NCBI GenBank assembly: GCA_004431415.1
Contig: QPMI01000288.1
Location: 1-64,000, forward strand
Length of the DNA stretch: 64,000 nucleotides
Direction: 5' to 3'
DNA from: Cyanophora paradoxa CCMP329
Lineage: Eukaryota > Plantae > Glaucophyta
Of this stretch, positions 24,001-37,295 are shown in pieces. How positions within the stretch are numbered: position 1 is the first letter of the stretch; every line of letters begins with the position of its first letter. The notes beneath the pieces were generated by a model that did not search any database, had not been told where the DNA came from, and worked only from the letters and a program-made list of their open reading frames with translations. The position numbers were made by a program, and so were the translations under genes.

Positions 24001-26423
24001 GTGACGGGCTGCACGCGCGCGCGCGCGCGAGCGGCGTCAGTCGCGGGAGGAGCGCGGGGGGAGGAGGGGAGGGGGGAGGGGGGAGGGGGGGGGGGGGGGG
24101 GGGGGGGGCGGGGGTGCTCGGCGCGGGGCTCGCTCACCTGCCGGAGCGGGAGCGGGAGCGGTGCCGGGGCCGCCCGGCGCGCTGCCGCGCCTCCGAGCTC
24201 GACGAGGCGCGGCCGTCGGCCCCGGCCCCGGGCCCGGCCGGCTCCTCGGCGGGGCCCAGCGTCGCGGCCGCCCCGGCCTCCTCCTCCGTGCTGGCGACCC
24301 ACACGCGCATGCAGACCTCCCCCTCGCTCGTGAACTCTGCCGCGAGGCGCCGCTCGCGCACGCGGGGGGAGGGGGCGGGGCGGTGCGGCGCCGGGCGGGC
24401 GCACTGCAGGCGTTGGAGAGGAGGTTCATCAGGATCTGGCGGAGCTTGTGGGAATCGCCGACTGCCACTCTGCAGGCGGCGGGGGCGACCTGGCAGAGGG
24501 GACTGAGATCGCGCATGTGCAGCAGAGGGGGCTGCCACGGGGGCACTCACGAGGAGGCGCAGCGCCACCGGGCCGCCCATGAAGCGGCCCCAGAGCACGT
24601 CCATCAGGGAGCAGAGAAAGGGCACCAGCACGAAGCTGCGCGCGAGGCGAGCTCGCGGGGGGAGGCGGGCGGGGGCCGGGGGGCGGGGCGGGGCGAGGAG
24701 GCACCGCTCGGCGCGGACGCCGGCGGCCGCCCCGAACTGGATCTTTGCGAAATCTGGCCGGGGGGGGGGGGGGGGGGGGGGGCGTCTTGCGGGGGAGAAG
24801 AAGGGGAGGTGTGGGGAGGGGCGGACCGAGGAGGTCGTTGACGAGCTCGAGCATGCCGCTCGCCGCCGTCGCCATGATGTCCAGCAGCGAGCGCTGCCCC
24901 GCCCCGCCCCCGCACCCGTCACCACGCGAGCCGCGAGGGGCCCCCTCCGCCCGCGGCGCCTCGCCTGGTCGTCGGGCATGGGGTACTCGGACATCAGCTC
25001 GCTCATCCCGATGATCGCCGTCAGCGGCGTCCGCAGCTGCGCCCGCGGCGAGGCCGCCGCGCGTGTCGGGAGGAGGGAGAAGGGCGGGGCGGCGGGGCGG
25101 GGGAAGGGAGGGGGCGAGCGGGGGCGACCTCGTGGGTGATGTTTGCTTCGGGGGCGACGCCAAGGCGGGCGCTCAGAAGAAGCGGGGCACGCGGGGGCGG
25201 CGCGCGGCGCACCCGTGAAGCGGTCCTTGGCGTCAGCCGCCTCCCGGGCGTGCACCAGCGCCTCCAGCAGCCGCCGCTGGCTCTCCCGCACGAAGAAGGT
25301 GATCAGCTGCCGCCCCCCGCCCCTCAGCTGCCCCGCCCCGCCCGCCCCGCACCGCCCCCGCCGCACCCCCGTCGTCGCCACCGTCACGCCGTAGTTAGAC
25401 CAGACGCTGTGGGCGGGGTGAGGGGGCGGAGAGGGAGGGGCGTGAGGGGGCGAGGGGCGCCCGCACTTAAGCCAGCACAGGGGGTCCTCGATTTGGTGCG
25501 TCGCCCAGGCGACCCCCGCCGTGACCACCGCCCCGAAGATGCCCAGGTGGAGCCTGCCGCCGGCAGCGGGGCGAGGAGCTCAGCGAGGGCGGGGCCGGCC
25601 AGGCCGCAGCAGAGCCTGACGCCGCGCCGCACGAACGCACAGCGGGCAGCACATGGCGAGCATGAGGGACATCATCGAGATGTAGAAGACCTGCCGGCGG
25701 CTGGTCGGGGGCGGCGGGCGGCGCGGGCGGCGGGGGCCCGGGAGGGGGACCATCTCGAAGCTGCAGGCGCGGATCTGGGCGGCGGCGAGGCGGGCCTCGA
25801 GCTCGGGGCCGCCCCCGGCCGCCGCAAGGGACGCGGCGTTCGCGGCCGACGTCACCTCCCGCAGCGGCATCAGCGCCGCCGGCAGCGCCAGGATCTGACG
25901 CACCCGAGGCCCCCGCCCTCGCCTCGCTTCCCCGCGCCCCGCGGCGCTGCGCCGGGCGGGCTGGAGGCCGGGCGCACGCTGCAGGAGACCAGAATCGTGC
26001 AGACGTGGCGACCACCGCAGGACGCGTACGTGTACGCAACGAGGCAGATGGCGAGCTCCAGGGCTGATCTCCAGCCGGCTCCGTTGAAGGAGTAGATCCC
26101 CGCGAGCGCCCGCACCGAGATGGAGACGATGGAGATCTGGCGGCCGCGCGCGTGAGCTTCCGAGCTAAAAGCTTCAGCCCGAGCCGCCCGCGGCGCGCAC
26201 GGCAATCATCGTCCTGCTCGGGGCGGCAGGGGCAAGATCAGCGGGTCAGAGAGAGCGGCGGGGGCGGGCCGGCGGGGGGCTTTTCCGGGAACCTGGTCAG
26301 CTTCTTCTGTAGGTCGGCCATCGGGTCATCCACGAGATCGCCGCCGCCGGCGAAAAGGTCACCGACAGCCCCGATGACGGGAAAGCGCCGTCGGGGCCGA
26401 AGCGGCGGGGCGGTAGGCGGCAT
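21019..26423 (-). CDS. Membrane-bound hybrid sensor histidine kinase (TM region, HisKA, HATPase_c, receiver)
   Basis: H-box AKDRFTANITHELRTPLTAIIGMSEL; GDSHKLRQILMNLLSNACKFT; VADTGRGI; FQRFSQ; GLGLAIVDGLVRELGGRIDVRSVLGQGSTFT; receiver RVLLADDE..NR, DLQMPRLTGLEA, VAWTA, GFARFVGKP; hydrophobic N-terminal segments. Confidence 0.93.
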
Positions 26424-26902
26424 TGCTCAGCTGCTCGATTGACGCGTGCGTGTCGATAGTCACCGGGATTAGCCTGCTGCTCCCACGTTCAGCTCCGAAG
26501 CTCAGTCGACATCGCTGTTGCTCGTCAACACACACTTTAGCTAAGCCTGGCGGCGCACTAGCCAGCCGTAGTTGATCATCGGTCGCGGTCGCGCAACCGA
26601 CACTCCGGGATTCTTTGAGGAACTTTTGCCAAGTTGACGCGCATGTATACGCGATCGATCGCAGACGTAGACGGGCCTAGGCGCCCTGCAGTAGGCGGTT
26701 AACGCGTATTGCAAATTGCGGATCTGCGCTGAAGTGCTGCTGTTATTCTCTCGCGGAGGTAACCGTGCCCGCTCCAACCCCCCCAGCCAACCTAAACGTA
26801 CCCCTTCAAGCCCGTCGATTTTCGATCGGATCGGAGCAGTTACACACGAGCGTCGGCCGCACGTATACATTAGTGGCGCGCGCGCCGGCGCGAACGCTGG
26901 CG

Positions 26903-29404
26903 ATGGGCGTAATCCGGTCGTTCTACACCTTCAGCGCCTTGCGCGGCCGGTCGACCTGCCTGCGGCTCAAGTATGACTTCCCCAGTGCGTGCCTTTAAGT
27001 AGAGTCACTCCCCGCGCAACGTCACGGACGATCTCGATGTTCTACGTTCGCCCCGAGCGGCGCGGCAGCGCGCGTAGGCAGGAAAGCAAGTTTAGTTGCG
27101 TCTTAGCTTCGCCTGAACGTGCCCGGGGTCGGGTCATCCACGGCCTGAAAGCCGGCGCTGTTGACTTCCTCCGTCGCGTCCAGGGGCAGACGCACATAGA
27201 GAGTTCCTGCGGAGACGGCGGATGCACGATTTCCGGCCTCCCGCGGCGCTGAGGTGCCGGCGTTGGCGCCGCCGCCGCTCGCGCCGGCTCGCGTTCAATT
27301 CGCGGCGGTGACGCGAGCGCAGCGCGGAGGGCCGGCACGCGGTGCTCGACGGCGACGTCTCGGTCCACGGCCTCGTGAAGAAGATCAGGCGCGCTCGGGG
27401 CCGGCCGGGCGCCGGCGCCGCCCCGGCCACTGCGCTGACTCGCCACTGATCCACCGAGTGGCGGGGCCAGGGCCGGCAAGGTCCGCAGGATCGTCGTGCT
27501 CTCGGGGGCCGGGGTCTCCACCGCCGCCGGCATACCAGGTTCCCCACCCCCGATGGCCTACCACCTCTCAGAGTCTCTCGCCCAGCTCGTCTTGGGCTGA
27601 CCCCCCCCTCGCCCCGCCCCGCAGACTTCCGGTCCCCGGGGTGAGCGTTCGCCTGCGACGGGAGGGGTGCCTAGGTAGCCCGCCCGGTGAGCCGCCGCGC
27701 AGATCCGGCCTCTACGACAACCTGCACAAGTACGACCTCCCTGAGCCCGAGGTCGGCATACCGCCGGCCCCCTCCGCCCTTTACTCCCGTGACAACGGCC
27801 GCAGGCGATTTTTGGTGCGGGCCCGGGGTGCCCGCACACGGGGCCCCCGCCAGGCCGGGGCTCAAGCGCTTGAACTCACAGATCTGAACTACTTCCGCGC
27901 GCGACCGGAGCCCTTCTTTGCTCTTGCCAAGGACCTTTACCCCGGCAATTATATAGTGAGCACGGGCGCTCCCTTCTTGGCGTCTGCCCTCCCTCCCCCC
28001 CCTCCCCCCCGCTCCCCCACCTCCACCCCCCCTCCCCCTCCGTGGCCCTTGGCTTCGCGTTCGCAGCGCCGACTCTCGCGCAGCCGACGACGAGCCACTA
28101 CTTCGTTCGCCTGCTCGCGGAGAAGGTGCGGAGAGGCGCGGGGCGGCGGCAGGGGCGCCGACGGGCGAGGGCCGGGCGTGCAGGGCCTGCTCCTCCGGAA
28201 CTACACGCAGAACATCGACACCCTCGAGCGAGTCGCAGGTGCCCCGCGCCCCTCCCCCTGCCCCCTTCCCCACCCTCCCCCCTTCCCCCCTTCCCTCCCC
28301 GCCCACCCCCGTGGTCGCGGTGGGCGACAAGGGATCGAGCCGGAGCTGCTCGTGGAGGCGCACGGGTCCTTCGCCGGCGCCCGCTGCATCGACTGCCGCC
28401 TCCCCTACGACACCGAGTTCATGCGCGGTGCCCCCTCCCCTCCTCTCCCACCCGCCGCCCCCTCGCTGATCGCGGGGCGCAGCGGAGGTGATGGCGGGGA
28501 AGATCCCACGCTGCCCGGACTGCAAGGGTGCGCCCCAGGCCACCGCGCCGCCCCGTGCGCCCCGCCTCGCCTGACCCCCGCTGCCGTCTGCAGGCTTGGC
28601 GAAGCCGTCGATCGGTGCGGGCGGGCGGGGGGCCCCGGGGCGGGGCGCGGGGCGCGTGCCCCTCCAACGCGCCTCGCGCAGTTTTCTTCGGCGAGGGGCT
28701 GCCCCCGCGCTTCTTCCAGCTCTGCGACAAGGTGCCCCGCCCCCCTGCACGCCGCCTTGCCCCGCCCTCGGCCCCCTTCCAAGGCGGCGCAGGACCTAGC
28801 CGAGTGCGACTGCCTCCTCGTCATGGGCACCTCCCTGCAGGTGCCTTCGGGCTCCCCGGCCCCGCGGCGCGCCTCACGTCGCCTCCGAGCCGCCTCCTCT
28901 CTCCCCGTCGCAGGTCATGCCCGTGGCGGAGCTCCCCGCGCGCTGCTCGCCCTACGCCCCGCGCCTCCTCGTCAACCGCGAGACCGTCGGCACCCTCGCC
29001 CAAATCCCAGGTTCGATTCCCCCCGCGCCCCGCTTTCTTCGGGGCGTCGACGTGCGCGCGCGCCGCAGACGGCTTCCGCTTCGGGATGGCGGACAACTAC
29101 CGCGACGTGCGCATGATGGGCTCCACCGACGACTGCGTCCGAAAGCGCGCCGTACCCTGCCCCATCTTCCTCCGCATTCACCTGGCCGATACCCCTGGGC
29201 CCCACCTCAGGCTCTGCCACATGCTCGGCTGGGACGAGGACCTCGACGACGTGCGCGTGGCCCGGCCCCCGCGGAGCCTGAAGGGCACCCAATATACATA
29301 TTTTCTAGCGTTTGTCGGTTTGACTTTCCCCTCCGTTGCAGGTTATCGAGCGTGGCAGGCGTGAGGCGAAGAAGAACGCGCACCACCTCCGGGGCGAAAG
29401 TTAG
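26903..29404 (+). CDS. NAD-dependent deacetylase, class I sirtuin (SIRT2/3-like); start approximate
   Basis: [97 protein letters not shown]. Confidence 0.95.
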
Positions 29405-29653
29405 GCCAGGCGGAGAGCGCACACCGCTGGGACACGCGTGTGGCCATCAAGCTCCCTGGCCGCAATGCCGTCCCGTAAGCCCCACTGGGCCAGCGGCAAT
29501 CTCACTTCTTTCAAACTTACACGCCTGTACATATTAGCCGCGCCCAGCGATATTCGATGATCATGATTTCATGTTAAAATGACATTATCTCCAATGCACG
29601 TAGCAGCAATATCCCGATCGGCGCCGGCATTATACCTATAGCTTAGTACTAGT

Positions 29654-32600
29654 ATGTCCGGGATCAGCGCGCGGATCCCGCGGCCGGAGTAGTCGCGCCG
29701 CGGATCCGGAAAGGGTACGATTTACACTTCGTTCGCCGGTTCGCCCCGACCTCTGGCAGCCCCGTAGCTGGTACAGCTGAAGAAAGAGAAGCTGGCGACG
29801 CGCAGTACCGTACACGAGCGACTCCAGGCCAGGCTCGCGAAGAAGCAAGGGCGTCAAGATGGCGCCGTCGTCCGGCGGGATGCAAGGGCGCACGACCCGC
29901 TTGTGAACAGCGTCATAGCGGAGACCGGGCTTTCCGGCTTTGACGCGAGCTCCGGTGACCGTCGCCGGCTTGCATGGGACGTCGGCCACGGCGTGGCCAG
30001 CCCGTTCGGCGTTCCGCGACTGAGCGGAGCGATCGAAGACGATCAGCTTTCTGTGTTCTTTCGTTCTCTCACCCCCGAGGAGCGCGCGAGGCTCCTCCGC
30101 ATCGACCGCAATGTCCGCGTCCCGCCACGGCAGTACAGCGCCTTTCGTATTGACGCGCGGTCGCGCAGGCCCTGCAGCGTGAGCTGCATGTCCCAAGGGA
30201 CCTCACGAATGCCGCGTTCTATGCGCTGGAGACGAACCACTCGTACGGAACCAAGCCGGACGTAGTGCCGCCGCCTACCGTTCACAGCACCCTCGCGAAC
30301 CTCAACGGCCTGCACTTCTACATCGAGCATGAGGAGGTTGAAGTCGAGGGAGAAGGAATGCGGACGGTGGGAGAGTACGGGATCCATCAGCGCCGCATGC
30401 TGGACGACACGCGCACGCAGCCCGGCCTCTCCCGCGTGAACGCCATGCCGCACATCAAGGTTGTGAGCGATTTGGCGAATCCCTTTTCGAGCGTCTTCAT
30501 GACAAAGCACTACGAGCGGCCGGTGCGGAGGAGCCAGCGGGACAGCAAGGACAACAGGCCGGAGGTCCCCGGCGAAGTGGAGCCTGCCTTCACGTACAGG
30601 AAGGGCTGGGACGCGCGCGACATGGTCTTCAAGCTGCGACTCTTTGTGAACGCGACGGGGACGACTCCAGAAGCGCGCGGGGGCGACGCGGAGAGGAGTT
30701 CCAAAGAGGAGCGGGCGGCGGAGCGGCCGCTGCTGCTCCTGCACGACCCGCTGTTGCCCCACGACCCGCCGCACCTCCTCGCTGAGTGGCAGTTCTCCCA
30801 GTCCGAGCTTCTGCTCGCCCTCGAGGCTATTCCCACCGAGCAGGCATGCCTGCCGGCCCCGCGCCGCCGCCAACGCGGCCCTGGCCCTGACCCCCGCGTG
30901 TACGCGCGCAGTACCAGTTTCCGAACAGCGTCTGCGTGCACCCGCCCTTCCAGCAGTCCTCCTCGGACATCTGCTCCTCGTTCTTCGCGGGGGTCACCTG
31001 CGCGGGCGGCTTGGGTGAGGACGAACCGCACTTCCAGGTTCCTTTGCGCGCCGTGCGATTCCACCGCACCGCACCGCCGGCCAACACCCGCCACAGGTCC
31101 ATCAGGAGTCCGTCTCCGGCGGCTCCAAGCTCGTCCTGAAGCGGCTCGAGGCGCGCCCCCTCCCGCCCCGCTCCTCTCCTTCTCTTCCTTACGTCTGGCG
31201 CAGTTCTGCATCCGCTGGGCTGACCTGGACCCGCATATCTCCTTCGAGCGGGCGGAGCGGATCCCCTCTTCTTCTTCCTCCTCGCCCCTCGACGGCCCCG
31301 GCCTCAACATCGGGGTGTGCCGCCGCCGCTCCCGAAGCCCCCGCCAGCCCGCCCCGCGCGAACAGCGCCGGCAGCAGGCGACGCTTTCGGGGCTGGAGGA
31401 GCAGCTGCTGCTGACGCGGGACGGGAAGCGGGAGCTGGCGATGCTGACGGCGGAGTCGAGCACGGTGCAGGGGGCGACGCTGGTCGACCTGAGGAGGGCG
31501 GCCGAGATGTTCCGGCCCCTCCAGAGCCAGCTCGACGGCCTCATTGCCAAGCAGGTCTCCTGCGCGCCGCCCGCCCCGCCCCCGCCCCGCCCCCCGCCCC
31601 GGCGCCCACGCCCCGCCGGCGCGCGCAGGCGCCCTCTTCAAACCCCGCCACGGTTGGCATCACCACGAACGGCCTGAGCCTCTTTGACGTGCGCCCGCCC
31701 GGCGCCCGCCGCTTCCGCTTCCCCGCCCCGCCGCCCGAGACGCCCCGGGGGCAGCCCAAAGCGATGGACCTCGTTGGGACCGAGTTCGCCGACAACGAAC
31801 GGAGGTGCGGCCCCGTCGCCCGAGCCCTCCGACGCCCGTACCCCGGACCGAACCGGGGCACCCGCAGGGCGCTTGATGCGTGGAGGCAACTGCGGCGCCT
31901 CAAGTCGAAGCTGGAGACAGCAGACTCGTGCGCGCAACGCCTCGCCTCGCGAAGGTGCCGGCCGGCGGGCCCCGACTCGCGGTCGCGGGGGTGCAGGGAC
32001 CTGGCCCTGGTGGAGGATGACCTCGGGGAGCGGGACGAGTCGGGGGAGGAGCAAGGCGCCGACGGGGCGGGGAGGAGGGTGCGACATCCTCCCTCCCCCC
32101 CCCCCTTCCCCTCCCCCCGCGGGCCTGAGCGCCGGGGCGGGGCAGTTCGACCCGGACTTCTACGGGCTGGAATCCCTTCTGGCCAAGGCCCGCAGGTCCC
32201 CCTCCATGTCCCGCTTCCGCAAGGGCCCGCCCGCCCCCGCCCCCCCCCTCCCCCCCCCTCCCCCCCCCCCCCCCGCCCCCCTCGGCGCCGGCCCCTGAGG
32301 CTCCTCCGCCCGCCAGCCTTCGACCAGCGAGTCCTCAAGCAGCTCATCGACACACGCGACCAGAAGCTCCTGGTGCGCCGCGCGTCCCCGCACCGCCCCC
32401 GGAGGGCGGGTACCGGCATCTCGTGCAGGAGAGGTTGATGGCGAGGGGCTGACGGCTGCGGGGGCAGTTGGAGGGGCACGACCCGCGCAACCCCGACGAG
32501 TTCGGCACGCACCCGCAGGAGAAGGCGCGCCCGCCGCCCGCGAGGCGCCGGGGCCGGGGGCGGGGCGGGGGTGTGAGGGCGGGGCGGGGCAGCACCGGGT

Positions 32601-32695
32601 GGCGGCGCGCGAGGTCGTGGAGCGCCTCAAAGCGGACGTCGACGGCGCCCTTAACGCCTTCCAGAGTGCGCCCCGCCGCGCGCGGCGACCGCCCC

Positions 32696-32727
<32 letters not shown>

Positions 32728-35700
32728 CTCGCTGGGGCGCCCCGCAGGGGAGAAGCTGGAGGGGGAGCAGGCGACGGGGCGGCAGGAGGAGGCCTTCAAG
32801 GCGCGCCTGCGGGAGATCCACGACGCCCTCGCCGCCGCCGAGGACGGCGCCCCCGCCAGCGTCCCCGCCCTCACCGTGCGCCAGCCCCGCTCCGCCCGAC
32901 TCTCTTCCTGGGCGCCGGCCGAGCTTGGTGCGGGGCGGGCGTAGCGGGATCGGCAGCGGGTGCAGGAGGCGCTGGCGGAACTGGAGCGGAACAAGCAGCG
33001 GGTGGCGGACACGAAAGGGCGGCAGCAGCGGCAGCTGCAGTACCAGGTGGAGATCGTGCGCTGCGTCTTCCAGGCGGGGGCCCTCCAGGAGCAGCTCAAG
33101 AACGCGAAGAGCCTGATGCTCAAGTGCCGCCAGCTGGAGACGCAGCGCCTCGCCCTCCTCACCCCGACCTGCCACCTCCTCCTCGCCGCCATCGCCAAGG
33201 GCATGCTCGAGGCCGTCGAGCAGGAGCGCCGGCAGCGCGAGGCGCGGCGCGAGGCCGAGGCCGCCGAGGCCGCCCACGCCCGCAAGCAGGACGAGGCGCG
33301 CGAGAAGCGCGAGGCGCGCAGGGCCGAGAAGGAGAAGAAGGAGAAGAAGAAGGAGGGGCCCAAGGGGGAGGAGGAGTGGACGGAGGAGGAGGAGGGGCGG
33401 TTGGCGGCGCTCGTCTCGCACTACCTCCCCGGGCGGGAGCACCTGGACTGGAAGGACTTCTTCGAGGACGCGAAGAAGGCCGCCGAGGCTGACCGCTTCG
33501 ACCTCGCCCCCCTGCGCCGTGGCGGCGAGCTCCGCCCCACCGTCCAGCTCACCCGCCGCTGGTGCCTCCCGGGGCCCTCCGGCCTCTCCCTCGAGACCCG
33601 CTGGCGCCGCGCCCGCGCCGCCGAGGCCGAGGAGCGCGCCAAGGCCGAGGCCGAGGCGGCGGCGGCGGAGGCGGCACGGCGAGCCCGGGAGGAGGCGGCG
33701 CGGGGAGGAGCACCGAGGACGACTCGTGCGCCGTCGCCCTTCCGCGCCCCCGCCGGCGGCCGCGCCGCTGGGCTGAGGGCGGGGCTGGCGCGCAGGGAGG
33801 ACGAGCGGCTGCTGCGGCGGTTCGAGCAGCGGGCCTCGGGCGGCGGCGGCGACCTCGCCCCGAGGCGCCCTCCACCGTCGAGCGGCCCCGCCCGCCGCCC
33901 GCAGCGCCCCGCCCGCCCGCGACAGCCCCGCCCGCGCACCCGAGGACGCCCCGCCCTCCGCGAGGTCACAGGCGCAGGCCGGCAGGGGGCAGGCGCAGCC
34001 ACCGGCCCCGCGGGGCTCTCCGCCGGCGCCCCCGGCCCAGGCATCGGGGCCCCAGGCGGCGCGGCGGACGCCGCCGCCCAAGGCGAGCGCCCCGGCGCCG
34101 CCGGAGAGACAGTCGCCGGCCCCCCAGGCGGCAGCACCCGCTCCGCCGCAGCCGAAGGGCCCCGCACCACAGCCGTCGCCCCCGAGGAGCCAGGCCCAGC
34201 CGCAGCCGCATCCGCCCCATCAGCCGCAGCCGCAGCCGCCTCCTCAGGCGCAGCCGGCGCAGGGTCGGGGAGCGGGCGCGGGGCGGCCGCCCTCCCCCGC
34301 GCAGCGCCTGGCTGCCCCTCCGCAGCCGCAGCCGAGCGGAAAGGGCAGCGGGGGTCAGCAGCAGGCCCCTCCGAAGCCGCCGCACGCCTCCTCTGCTACG
34401 CGGCCGTCTCCGCCGGCCTCCGCCGCCCCGCCGGCCTCGGTGACGCCTCCCACGGGACGCGAGGCGCAGGCGGCGGCCGCGAGCCCGGCAGCGGCCCCTC
34501 AGCCCAGAGTCTCCGACCCCTCCCCCTCCGCCCGCCCTCCCCGCCGCCCCGCGCCTCTCCCGACGTCTCCCCTCTCGCTGGCCCGCGCCCCGCCCCGGCG
34601 CCGCCGTCCCGCCCTCCCTCTGTCCGCCGCACCTGCGGCGACCCCGGCACCCGCCCGGGCGCCGCAGCGCCGCTCGCCTCGCCCCCGCACTCTCTCCGAG
34701 TCCAAGCCTCCGCCTGCCCCGGACGCTCCCGCCCCCGCCGAGGCGGCGCCGCCGGCCGACGAGCCGGCCGCCGTGCTGCCTCTGGCGGAGGCGCTGGCGC
34801 CGCCGCCGTTGGAGCCGCACGCGGCGCTGGTGCGGCAGCGGGAGGTGCTGCCGGCACTGCGGCGCCGCTTCTCGTACGCGCTGCTCGTCACCGGCCTCGG
34901 GGAGGTCCCCCGCGGCGCCGCCTCCGCCTTCGCCGCCGCCCTCTCCCGCTTCCTCTTCTCCGGGATGGACCTGCTGGTGGAGTTCAGGAGGCCGGACGCG
35001 CGCGCGGCCGCCGAGCGGCGCCTCTACGCCGGGCTGGCGGCCCGCTACTACTGCCAGACGCTCCGCTGCGGCCGGCTGCGGCACCTCCACCTCTCGGAGC
35101 GCCTCCCGCACCCCGCCCCGCCCCTCCCCGAGCCCGTCGCCGGCCTCCCCTTCCCCTGCGCCCCCGCCTCGACCCCCGCGCGGCCCCTCCCGCCCCGCGC
35201 CGTCGCCCGCGCTGCCGCCCTCCTCGAGGGGGGCGCCCCCCCGGAGGAGGACGAGGAGCGCGTCGCCCTCGCCCCCGTCGCCGGCATCGCCCGCGCTATC
35301 CTCGACGTGCTCCTCCCTCTTGCCGTCACGTCATGTACCCCCCTCACGCCGCGCAGGCGCTCCGTCTCTCGCCGGCGGTGCGGGAGCTGCTGGCGGCCCC
35401 CGCCGCCGGCGAGGAGCCGGCGGGCGCCGTGCCGGCCTTCCTCCCCCTCCTCCGCGGGGCCGCCGAGCACCCCGAGGAGCCCCTCCCGGCCGCCCTCGTC
35501 GACGCCGCCGCCGCCGCCGCCTCCGAGGTGGCCTGCACCCCCTCCCGCTCCCTCCACCCGCCCCTCACGCCCCGCAGCTGGCGGCCTGCTCGCTCCTGCC
35601 GCAGCGGCCGGGGGAGCCGCCCGCCCTGGCCGACCTCGCCGACCCCATCCTCGAGGTCCGCGCGCACCCCCCGCGCCCGCCCGCCCTCACCTCTGAGCGG

Positions 35701-36911
35701 CCGCGCAGGCCCTCGAGGGCCTCGCTCCGCCCCTCGCCGGCGCCCTCGACACCCGCTTCGCCGTCTCCGTGCGCCTCGTCGCCCTCCCGCGCCCTCCTCC
35801 TCGCCGCATGCTGAGCGTGCCGCCGGGAGGAAGGCGGCGTGCGGGGAGTGCGGGGCGATCGGGGGGGAGGACCCCCACTCCGCACGCCTCCTCCACCTCC
35901 CCGTCTCCTCCCTCCTCGACGAGGCACGCGATACCGCCCTCTCCCCTACACCTCCCCTCTAAGGGTCCCCGCAGCTGCCGGGCCTGCGCCTGGAGCGGGT
36001 GCTTGCGCGAGTGGCCTCCTGGGAGCTGCGCAAGTGCCCCGTGGCGGAGTGCCCGGGGACGGCCGGCCCCGCCACGGCCCTGCTGCGCGCCCCGCCGGCC
36101 CTCCTCTTAGCCACCGCCTGGGACGTCCCCGCGATCCTCGAGCAGGTCCCGCCCTGCCCGCGCCCTCGCCGCCCTCCCTCGCCTCGGGCCTGCTTGGAGA
36201 CGCGCCGGCCGGCAGGTCCAGCTCATGCTCTCCTGGCTGCCGGCGGGGCTGGACCTGGGGCAGGCCTTCGCGGGGGGGCCCGGACTGGAGCGGCCGGCCC
36301 CCTACGCCCTCCGCGCCGTCTCGTGCTACCGCGAAGCCTCCGCCACCGTCTTCCACGCCCCCGACGGCCCCGTCCGCCTTCTTCCTCTCCCCGCCTTGCC
36401 TTTTCCTCTCCAGCTGACCTCCGCCCTGCGCGCAGGCCGGCCCCTGGGAGGTGCGCCCCGACGACGGATCGCCACCCTCCGAGCTCCCCTCGTTCGGCGC
36501 CGTCGTCCAAGAGGCCCGCCCCCCCCCCCCTCCCCCCCCCCCCCCCCTTCTTCGAACAGGAGCCTCGCCCCTGCAGCGCGGAGGCCGTCTCACCCCTTCT
36601 CTCCCTCGCGCGCGCAGATCCTGGGCCGACAGCTCCTGCCCGACCTCCTCTGGTACGAGCAGCAGGCCGCCCTCGCCGGCGTGCCCGCCGAAGCCGTCGG
36701 CCCCGTACCCCCCCACCTCGTCTACGAGATCCCGCCCGGCGTCCCCTTCTACCCCATACCCGTGCCCGTCGCCGTCCACCTCGCGTATCCCGTCCCGATG
36801 GCGTACTCCCCGGTCCAGGAGGGCGAGGCGCTGCAGCCGCCGGTGGGCGAGCCTCTGCCGACGCCTCCCGCGCCCGACACGCCCCCTCCGGGCGACGTGC
36901 AGCTCGCTTAG
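29654..36911 (+). CDS. Large coiled-coil protein with C-terminal USP53/54-like (peptidase C19-like) domain lacking recognisable catalytic Cys/His; start approximate
   Basis: N-terminal FFRSLTPEERARLLRID; central coiled coil; C-terminal CGEC, CPVAEC, APPALLLATAW, LDLGQAF, YALRAVSCY, W...DD and LLPDLLWYE follow the USP53/54 and plant DUF629-UCH motif order. Confidence 0.65.
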
Positions 36912-37295
36912 TTGCTCTTTGCGATTTTTTTTGCAGCTGACAGCTTACGTTCAGTTACTCTCGCTCTTTGAACTCGATGTACCAACTTTGTATCAACTCA
37001 CGACAGCTAAGAATGATCTCTCGCGACCTCTTCCATCATGGCATCGACTTTGATTCCCGTGTATATCTATAGCTATCTATTGTCACAGTGTGTTGGTTGT
37101 TCGAACGTCGTGGCTTTAATCCGATTCAGCGCTGACTAGTACTTCGAATGCCCCCTGCAGCTGGGCGCCGAGTTGTCTTTCAAATTCAAATCCAGTCTCC
37201 ATCTATGAAACACACACACGTTGTCGGTGACAAATACCTGCCCTTAATTGAAAAATTCTTCCCGGTTATCATTGAGGGAAGCGGATGAAGCCGCG

